In this document: one piece after another, positions 57,669-64,000 of the stretch | How the letters are laid out: every line of letters begins with the position of its first letter | Position numbering within the stretch: position 1 is the first letter of the stretch | Source: an uncultured Candidatus Bathyarchaeia archaeon | GTDB taxonomy: Archaea > Thermoproteota > CALKCG01 > B24 | Assembly: GCA_964463005.1 (NCBI GenBank) | Contig: CAYWZZ010000007.1 | Coordinates: 5,054 to 69,053 of the forward strand | Direction of reading: 5' to 3' | DNA length: 64,000 nucleotides | Made by a program: the position numbers and the translations under genes | Notes under the pieces: generated by a model | Told to the model about the DNA's origin: nothing | What the model saw: the letters and a program-made list of their open reading frames with translations, nothing else | Database searches by the model: none

Positions 57669-58220
57669 TCCAAAAACCTCCATACTTCATACCTTACGAT
57701 ATCTTCTACTAGGCTTTTCACAATATCGGTACCGTCATGGTTTCCTAGGGTTTGAGGTCTAAGGTCTGCAAAAGCGATTAAGGCGATAGCAACTTTTATC
57801 CTAGGCGGAGAAGCCCTAAGAATTCTCGCAAGCTCTTCCTGCGAAGGGGTCTGTTCACTCTCTATGGTCGGCGTTGCAGTTAAGTTTTTATTTTAATCCT
57901 CCTCGTCAACGTAACATCGTTGTAGCAAAGTCAAGACCTAGTTGCTTTCCAAAACCCCTTGAATATATCCTAGAACCCTATTCCCACCCTCGAGCTTAGT
58001 GACCAAATCCTCCAAAGAGTCTTGGAATTCGCTGAGATTTCCTCTTAACCCTATTGACCATCTTATCTAGATCTATAGCTAAAAGCTCGCAAGCCTTACC
58101 AAACCTCCTCAAAGCAACCTCAGCACTTATTGGGCTTCCCCTTTCTAAATTCCTCAATCAACGCCTAAGCATAGGATGTCGAAGGAAACTGTGGTACTTA
58201 CCCTCCTTTTTCTTTAGCAT
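57614..58220 (-). mobile_element. Decayed, C-terminally truncated tyrosine-recombinase (integrase) gene 57 nt downstream of the tRNA-Arg 3' end
   Basis: Minus-strand fragments occur in at least 4 frames: ..SAEVALRRFGKACELLAIDLDKMVNRVKRK.. / DSLEDLVTKLEGGNRVLGYIQGVLES / ..TPSQEELARILRASPPRIKVAIALIAFADLRPQTLGN.. The last resembles the start of the catalytic domain with the first conserved Arg. No HxxR or Tyr region follows. The tRNA-plus-integrase arrangement is typical of integrated elements. Confidence 0.5.
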
Positions 58221-58276
58221 GGGTCTTCGGAAGATTAAAGTGAATTGCTGTGTAAGGATTTGTACTCAATTAGGAG

Positions 58277-58351
58277 CGGGTCCGCCGGGATTTGAACCCG
58301 GGATCACCTGCTCCGGAGGCAGGTGCCTTATCCTAGCTAGGCCACGGACCC
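58277..58351 (-). tRNA. tRNA-Arg(CCG): tRNA-Arg (anticodon CCG)
   Basis: Minus-strand sequence GGGTCCGTGGCCTAGCTAGGATAAGGCACCTGCCTCCGGAGCAGGTGATCCCGGGTTCAAATCCCGGCGGACCCG. It folds into a clean cloverleaf with anticodon loop CT-CCG-GA. Confidence 0.9.
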
Positions 58352-58422
58352 TATTTTAAATTTAGCAGATGCTTTACCTTAAGCTTTTATGTAAATTATT
58401 GTGTAAATTGAGGTGAAGCTGT

Positions 58423-59109
58423 ATGGTAGATCTGGGTTTAGTGGAAAGATATAGGTCTGTTAGGGTTGCAGATGTCGTAGACGCATTGGATAGGTATGAG
58501 TTTCATGAAAGACTATTGATATCGCGTGAAATAAGACCTTTATACCCTAGTATTAAATGGCTGGTTTCGCTATTACCGTTCAAGCTAGGAGGATTCAAGG
58601 GGAAATTCCATCTATGAGCCCCGAGGATTACGATAAGTATGCGGACGAATGGTATAGGTTTAAGGCTGATTACGGTTGTTTTATGAAGTATGCAAGTCCG
58701 GGGACGGTTATAGCCGTCAATTCAGACGGGTGTTTAGACGTTGGTTTTTGGGGGTTCCATGATAGCCTTGGTGGCTAAGGCTAGGGGTGTAGAAGGTGTA
58801 GTCTTAGATGGGGGTTGTAGAGACGTATGGGAGGTTCAACGTATAAGGTTTCCAGTCTTCTCTAGAAGCATAGGTAGGACGGAGGTTGTCGGAAGACTTG
58901 AAATAAGACCTGAAGATGTGAACATTCCAGTATCTATAGGGGGTGTAGCTGTAAATCCGTATGATTTAATTGTGGGGGATGACGATGGACTAGTAGTAGT
59001 CCCGAGGAGCATAGCTTCTCAAGTGTTAGAGAGAGCTGAAAAACAGTTGATAGCAGATAGGAAGGCTCAAAAACCTTACCTCGATATGTTTGAATTAACT
59101 TTCCCATAA
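58423..59109 (+). pseudogene. RraA-family protein (4-hydroxy-4-methyl-2-oxoglutarate aldolase-like), 2 homopolymer frameshifts
   Basis: Three track ORFs (58423-58617, 58557-58778, 58741-59109) join as ..PSIK-MAGFAITVQ...DVGFWG-SMIALVAKARGVEGVVLDGGCRD... The joins need +1 base in A3 58555-58557 and -1 base in G5 58750-58754. Confidence 0.6.
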
Positions 59110-59119
59110 ATTAAAGGGT

Positions 59120-59569
59120 GTGAAAATGGAGTTTAGACAGGCCGTTCAAGTTGGAATTGTCGTAAACGACATAGAGAATGCTAGGAAGCTTTGGGCTAAA
59201 CTGTTAAACTTAGAAGAGCCACCGATAATCGAAACCGAAGAGTGGGAGGCTACACATATGAGTTTCAGAGGAAAGCCATCGAGAGGACGTGCCAAGCTGA
59301 CTTTCTTCAAGCTGGAAAACATAACCATAGAACTTATCCAGCCTTTAGGAGGACCAAGTACGTGGCAGGATTTCCTAGAAAAACATGGAGAGGGAATACA
59401 CCACATAGCATTCGTAACTGAAAACGTCAGTAAAGCCATTCAGAGGCTTTCAGAACTTAATGGTCAAATAGAGCAAACTGGACAGTTCAAAGGCGGTGGC
59501 TACGTATATATAAATTCCAGGAGAGAGTTGGGAGCCATATTAGAACTACTTTACTACAATAGAGGTTGA
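59120..59569 (+). CDS. VOC-superfamily (glyoxalase/methylmalonyl-CoA-epimerase-like) protein
   Basis: 149 aa with VQVGIVVNDIENA...IELIQP...GEGIHHIAFVTENV, which fits the paired beta-alpha-beta-beta-beta pattern. Confidence 0.6.
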   Translation: MKMEFRQAVQVGIVVNDIENARKLWAKLLNLEEPPIIETEEWEATHMSFRGKPSRGRAKLTFFKLENITIELIQPLGGPSTWQDFLEKHGEGIHHIAFVTENVSKAIQRLSELNGQIEQTGQFKGGGYVYINSRRELGAILELLYYNRG

Positions 59570-59901
59570 CTGAAAAGACTTGCTCATATACGTATAAACA
59601 TGGAAGCCAACTCATCTGAGATCTGAGTATTCTGGAGACCATTTTGGCTACTTTAACGTAGAAGCTTAACACCATAACCATAAGCTTCGTAAGAAATGGG
59701 TAATAGAGTGGGAGGTTTCCATTGTGACAGCTCTGCTCTACAAAAATTAACGGTGGATGTGAGGCTATGTGTAGCTGTAACAAGAGAGCACATTACACTT
59801 AAGCGGCACATAACTAAGGGAGGGGACTAAGCCAATTATAAGAAAATGGGAGAACTCTTAAAATACCTCTCAGTACGATAAATGACCATTGGGATGAAGT
59901 T

Positions 59902-60346
59902 ATGGAATGTTTTTCAACAGATAGATTGGGTAGGGTTTTCGTAGTCAGACTGGATCCTGGAGACTGTGTTTTAGAGAGTATAAATGAGCTGGTGAGTAGG
60001 GAGAAGGTTAGAGACGCCGTCGTAATATCCGCTGTTGGAACACTAAATGAATGCACATTACACATGGTTACAACGACAGACTATCCTCCAAAGGAGTACT
60101 TCAAACAGTTTAAAAATAAACCTTTAGAACTAGTTTCATTAACAGGCATAATAGCCGATGGAAAGCCACATCTTCACGCAGTTGTTTCAGACTGTGAAAG
60201 AACCTACGCAGGACATTTAGAGAGGTTGCAGGGCACTTTACTTGGCAGAAATAGTTATTCTAGAAGTGAAGGGTTTGGATTTGACTAGAATCCGCGATGA
60301 ACATAATATTTTAAGGTTGAAGAGCGGGTTGGAAGATAGAGCGTAG
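59902..60346 (+). pseudogene. PPC/DUF296-domain protein, one frameshift near the C-terminus
   Basis: GRVFVVRLDPGDCVLESINELV...PLELVSLTGIIADGKPHLHAVVSD...YAGHLE then shifts near 60221-60235 into GCRALYLAEIVILEVKGL..., ending at TAG 60344-60346. Confidence 0.5.
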
Positions 60347-60413
60347 TCAAGGGTAACGGCATAGAAAACGTTAATAGGTCTTTAGAGAAGTTCTTAGAAA
60401 TCGTAGATCCAAA

Positions 60414-61556
60414 TTGAGTAGTTTAAACATCGGTTTAATCGGTTGTGGAGGAATAATGGATGCCCACCTAGCTGGCTATAAAGCATTGTACACAGCCGGA
60501 TTGAAGGTCTTCGATATAAGAGCTGTCTGTGACACGTATGAACAGAACGCTAGAAGGAAAGCCGAAGCCGTTGAATTGATTCAAGGTAGAAGGCCTAATA
60601 TCTACTTGAATTTTGAGGAGATGATTAAACGTGAAAGCTTAGATGCCGTAGACATAGCACTACCTCACAATATACATCATACTGTCGCATGTAGATGTCT
60701 TGAAGAGGGTTTACATGTCATAATAGAGAAACCTCTTGGTATAACTATGAGAGCTGCTAAGTTGATAATAGATGCCGCTGAGAAGCATGGTAAAACCCTA
60801 GCTGTAGCTGAAAATTACAGAAGAAGCCCTGAGAATAGAGCAATTTGGTGGGCTATAAGACAAAACTACATAGGCGATCCTAGAATGGTCATATGGATAG
60901 CGGCTGGGTGGAATCCAAACCCTTGGGGTTGGAGGGAAGACCGTTTTATAGCTGGGGGAAGCTGGGTTTTCGATGGAGGAGTACACCTTGCAGATTTAGA
61001 CCGTTATCAACTTGGAAGAGAGGCTGTAGACGTATACGCTGTAACTGAGACCTTCGACCCCATCAAGAAGGGTGTAAGAGTTACTGTAGATGATATGACC
61101 ATGGCTATCATACGATTTGAGGGACATGTGTATGCTCAATGGCTGTGGACGAGGGCAGCTCCGGGAAGGGATGTAAACATTAGGGTCATCTACGGCTCAC
61201 GTGGAGCTTTAAACGGCGAGGGCTTAAGAATTCAGAAAGAGGATAGCGTAGAAGTCCATCGAATGCATACGCTAGTCGATAAGATGATGAAGAGTCTAAA
61301 GCCTGAAGAGAGGGAGAATATGTTTCCAAGAGGTATAACGGATACTTTCGCAACGGAGCTCTACGACTTTTATAGCGCAATCGTTGAAAAGCGTAAACCC
61401 GAAGTTGACGGCTGGGAGGCTTACAAAGACATGGCAATACCTTTAGGCTTCTACGAGTCTGCAGTTCTAGGGAAACCCGTAAAAATCAAGGATGTAGAAG
61501 AGCTTAAAATTGAAGAATATCAGGGCGAGATAAACGAGAAGAACGGTATACGTTGA
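60414..61556 (+). CDS. Gfo/Idh/MocA-family oxidoreductase
   Basis: 380 aa with IGLIGCGGIMDAH and the EKPLGIT motif. Confidence 0.75.
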   Translation: MSSLNIGLIGCGGIMDAHLAGYKALYTAGLKVFDIRAVCDTYEQNARRKAEAVELIQGRRPNIYLNFEEMIKRESLDAVDIALPHNIHHTVACRCLEEGLHVIIEKPLGITMRAAKLIIDAAEKHGKTLAVAENYRRSPENRAIWWAIRQNYIGDPRMVIWIAAGWNPNPWGWREDRFIAGGSWVFDGGVHLADLDRYQLGREAVDVYAVTETFDPIKKGVRVTVDDMTMAIIRFEGHVYAQWLWTRAAPGRDVNIRVIYGSRGALNGEGLRIQKEDSVEVHRMHTLVDKMMKSLKPEERENMFPRGITDTFATELYDFYSAIVEKRKPEVDGWEAYKDMAIPLGFYESAVLGKPVKIKDVEELKIEEYQGEINEKNGIR

Positions 61557-61582
61557 ACATTAAATGCACCCCCTTTTTGTTT

Positions 61583-61952
61583 ATGGAGGGAAGTCCATTA
61601 AGCATAGATTTCGAAGAAACCGTAAAACGCATATAGGAGTCTGAGATTAAAAGGATAAATGAACATCTAGTAAAAAGAGTAAACCTATATCCAATCTTCT
61701 AGGCTATGAAACACATCAACTTACTACGAGAGATGGAGCCAGTATACGATTGATCGAGACGCCCTTATGAGGCTGACGTCATACGTCCCTAAGAGCCTTC
61801 ATAGTAAAATTCAAGTGCCAATTACATTCATCGGAAGAATTGACATGGGTAAAAGAGTTTACACTATTATAAGAGACTTCTATTCGAGACTTTTGGTCAA
61901 AAACAATATACCTCTACACACTCAAGTTTCAGACCTAATAATGCGGTTTTAG
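61583..61952 (+). pseudogene. UPF0216/DUF61-family gene relic (in-frame TAG plus 2 frameshifts)
   Basis: MEGSPLSIDFEETVKRI-TAG(61634-61636)-ESEIKRINEHL / KKSKPISNLLGYETHQLTTRDGASIRLIETPL / MRLTSYVPKSLHSKIQVPITFIGRIDMGKRVYTIIRD... follows the DUF61 consensus (iN.hlP.krksL.eLL....trDG...LPI...). Confidence 0.45.
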
Positions 61953-61983
61953 GCCTATTTTCCAAGTAGGCTTTCAGGTAGAG

Positions 61984-63396
61984 CTATAGAGGCTTATTCA
62001 ATTCCCTACTTTGCATAACTGATGCTCTCAATTTTGCCTCCTCTAAAGCTTTTAAAGCACTTGAGAAAATGGGCTCCTGTACAACCCCTTTTTCGTAAAA
62101 CTCCTCAAGCTCATCCATGTCAAGCACTTTAGGCTCTTCGCCAGGTTTAGCTGAAACATCAACTGCTAAATCAACGTAACGCACCAGTCCCTTAACGACT
62201 TCTACGGGAGTGTTTATGTTCACATAAACTCCCTTAAACTCACCACGGCTGGAGAAGTACATATGCTCTATAAGCCAGTCACCTGGTTTAAACCGAGTTA
62301 AAGCGTAATCTCCAGGCTCTTTAGCGACCTCCAATCCATCGTAAAAACCCGAACCGGAAATTCTCCTCCTCACTGTTAAAAAGTCCGAGTCTATTGCCTC
62401 AACAACCCCTGGGTTAAGTTTTAAAATAGTCCCATCTAATTTCCTGTGTTCAAACTCTAACCTGCTACCGACTTCTATACTTTTAAACCCGATAAACCTA
62501 TCTAGGCAGTCTTCGATGAAGGACCTATCAGCACCTCTAGCTAACATGAGCTCGGCTAGATCTACAGCCGCTCCGAATTCTCTAAAACACCTGTAAACAT
62601 GATGACCTTTAACCGTTGGAACTACCGTAGACCTTAACTCATCTAGGAGGCTTTTGCATGGAAAGTCTAATCTATAGACTGATTCACCCTCCAACACTAG
62701 CCCGGACGGTTGCAGAGAATCTTTCCTTAGAAGTTTAGCCCTCCCTTTAAGCTCTTCAAATTCTCCTATGAGCTCTTCTACAGGTGCTTTAGCCGCTGTA
62801 TTTTTCCACCGTATACCCCATCCATCTCTACGGAGTATGGATGATAGGTTTAAAAGCTCTCTAAAACGGGGGCTTTTCCTCATAGAATCGTCAAACGTCA
62901 CCGTATCATTTTGAGTTAAACTCATGTAAAAACCATCAATAGCTATGTTGCTTTTGACTGGAACCAATTCACCAGTTCTCCAAATCGGTTGAACCGTTTG
63001 AACTAAAACTTCATCTCCATTTCTTAAACCTCCAACACCTCGAAGTAGACCTTTAAAAGAGTCGAAGTTTATTAAAGCATTACCGTTTACGTCTCCTACA
63101 ACAAGTCCTTTATAAACAGACCCAACAGTTATGATGGACTTCCTTACAATAACGTATTTCAACCGTTCTACGATTACTCTCACTAATTTCTCGGCTTTTT
63201 CAGACGACCCTCTAACCAAGACGCCCTGCTTATCTGAAGTTTCAATAATCACAGCATCTGGTTTAACGTTTAAGTTTTTGACTTTAAACCTGGCGAGGAT
63301 TGGATTGCTTGGGTAAGATATTTCAAAGCCCTCGTCTAGTAGAATCTTGGTAAGCGCCGTAGAATATATACCCCTTAAGTAGACCTTCAACGGCAC
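61984..63396 (-). CDS. FAU-1/RNase E-G-like RNA-binding protein with a DUF402-type C-terminus
   Basis: 470 aa. The N-terminus MPLKVYLRGIYSTALTKILLDEGFEI and the length match archaeal FAU-1. This comes from memory of the family, not a search. Confidence 0.55.
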   Translation of the reverse strand: MPLKVYLRGIYSTALTKILLDEGFEISYPSNPILARFKVKNLNVKPDAVIIETSDKQGVLVRGSSEKAEKLVRVIVERLKYVIVRKSIITVGSVYKGLVVGDVNGNALINFDSFKGLLRGVGGLRNGDEVLVQTVQPIWRTGELVPVKSNIAIDGFYMSLTQNDTVTFDDSMRKSPRFRELLNLSSILRRDGWGIRWKNTAAKAPVEELIGEFEELKGRAKLLRKDSLQPSGLVLEGESVYRLDFPCKSLLDELRSTVVPTVKGHHVYRCFREFGAAVDLAELMLARGADRSFIEDCLDRFIGFKSIEVGSRLEFEHRKLDGTILKLNPGVVEAIDSDFLTVRRRISGSGFYDGLEVAKEPGDYALTRFKPGDWLIEHMYFSSRGEFKGVYVNINTPVEVVKGLVRYVDLAVDVSAKPGEEPKVLDMDELEEFYEKGVVQEPIFSSALKALEEAKLRASVMQSRELNKPL

Positions 63397-63407
63397 ACCT
63401 TGTCAAG

Positions 63408-63722
63408 CTAATCTCTAATACCTTCTAAGAAAGATATTGCCTGCCAAATCTTAGTTCTGGTATAGACTGGCACGTTGGGGTCTTGAGTTATCTCATCCAA
63501 TATATCTATAACGTTTGAAGCCCTAGTTGCTAATGAAATCTTATCCGATTGAAGCTGGTCTATACTTTCCTTAGCAGCCCTCCTAATATTCCTCGGAGTA
63601 GTTGGATCTGAAGTTATCGACTGCAGTATCTGAATGGCTCTATTCACTCTATCCATATACTCCTCAACCTTTTTAGAGGACTTCTTACTCTTAGAAGACA
63701 AATGACACCCCCCGGTTTCCAT
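63408..63722 (-). CDS. UPF0147-family small protein
   Basis: It contains ILQSITSDPTTPRNIRRAAKE...ITQDPNVPVYTRTKIWQAISFLE. The real start may be MDRVNRAI at 63656. Confidence 0.5.
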   Translation of the reverse strand: METGGCHLSSKSKKSSKKVEEYMDRVNRAIQILQSITSDPTTPRNIRRAAKESIDQLQSDKISLATRASNVIDILDEITQDPNVPVYTRTKIWQAISFLEGIRD

Positions 63723-63799
63723 TAAATGAAAACCTTTAATCTAGCGTTACGATTTAATACCAGTTAAAGTATAATTTTAAGTTTGCTGAGGCGATTTCA

Positions 63800-64000
63800 A
63801 TGAGCGACGATTACGTGAAGAAAGCCGCCGAATATATTAAAATGGGAGCTACAATGCTTTCCGAGTCGTGTCCAATTTGTAAGGTGCCTCTTTTCAAACT
63901 CGGTGAAGATGTGGTCTGCCTCAACTGTGGCAGGAAGATAATACTGGTTAAAGAGGATAGAGAGGCCGTAGCAGCTAAAACGCCTCTAATATTAACGGAC
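63800..64000 (+). CDS. UPF0148 (autoantigen-p27-like) zinc-ribbon protein, 5' part; runs off the right edge
   Basis: Hand translation gives MSDDYVKKAAEYIKMGATMLSESCPICKVPLFKLGEDVVCLNCGRKI... Confidence 0.5.
   Translation, partial: MSDDYVKKAAEYIKMGATMLSESCPICKVPLFKLGEDVVCLNCGRKIILVKEDREAVAAKTPLILTD

Noticed and set aside
55790-58276. A direct-repeat copy of the tRNA-Arg or tRNA-Ser 3' half marking the far att site of an integrated element
   Set aside because: I looked by eye for GGGATTTGAACC / GGTTCAAATCC-type strings outside the three tRNA genes and found none. The scan was not exhaustive, so element boundaries are left undefined rather than claimed.
58054-58359. Track ORF 58054-58359 (+)
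   Set aside because: It overlaps tRNA-Arg(CCG) and lies antisense to the integrase relic, so it is an accidental open frame.
4609-58754. Programmed ribosomal frameshifting at the homopolymer sites
   Set aside because: The sites are heterogeneous (A, T and G runs of 3-6 nt, both +1 and -1). They lack shared slippery or stimulator motifs and fall in unrelated metabolic genes. Indel mutation or assembly error explains them better.
61634-61636. An in-frame TAG as pyrrolysine recoding, prompted by the methyltransferase-like genes in the window
   Set aside because: The TAG lies in a DUF61-type gene that also has two frameshifts. Pyrrolysine is known in MttB/MtbB/MtmB-type methyltransferases, none of which is present here. 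A nonsense mutation in a relic is the simpler reading.

Overview
This is an archaeal chromosomal segment. The archaeal markers are topoisomerase VI B/A, a bifunctional Fae-Hps, an MtrH-like methyltransferase, FAU-1, UPF0147/UPF0148 proteins, a LysW-like zinc ribbon, three archaeal-type tRNAs and AT-rich TATA-like boxes upstream of genes. All calls rest on hand translation and motif recognition; no database search was run.

Gene content:
- 0.4-31.9 kb: carbohydrate and amino-sugar type enzymes. These include PfkB kinase, cyclase, NagA, a DegT aminotransferase, three URO-D/MtaA-like paralogues, three Gfo/Idh/MocA oxidoreductases, three amidohydrolase_2 paralogues, a 2-hydroxyacid dehydrogenase, a xylose-isomerase-like TIM barrel, a FucI-like isomerase and a ROK kinase. 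A 723-aa transaldolase-fold protein and an 811-aa ChlI/ChlD-type AAA+/VWA fusion sit in the same block.
- Also in this stretch: an MgtA P-type ATPase with an extra C-terminal domain, a VapBC pair, and an orphan N-terminally truncated Cas6-like ORF.
- 31.9-40.1 kb: housekeeping genes (TtuA-like thiolase, S2P protease, KH protein, top6BA).
- 43.5-49.4 kb: a trpEGDCBA operon.
- 49.7-53.8 kb: a membrane-protein neighbourhood (bPH, CPBP, DedA, DUF2116) with a PqqD-like protein.
- 55.8-58.4 kb: a decayed zone holding two tRNAs and a tyrosine-recombinase relic.

Main observations:
1. A 51-bp perfectly identical inverted repeat pair lies 55.8 kb apart, and each copy is embedded in decayed integrase-like DNA.
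2. Frame-disrupted genes are unusually frequent: about 16 single-base frameshifts in 10 recognisable genes, mostly at homopolymers, plus relics carrying in-frame stop codons. This is either real gene decay or homopolymer assembly error.
3. Several atypical architectures are present: the giant transaldolase-like protein, the AAA+/VWA fusion without a large chelatase subunit, MgtA with a winged-helix-like tail, and a Cas2-like tandem-module protein.

I found no CRISPR array, rRNA gene or intact transposase.
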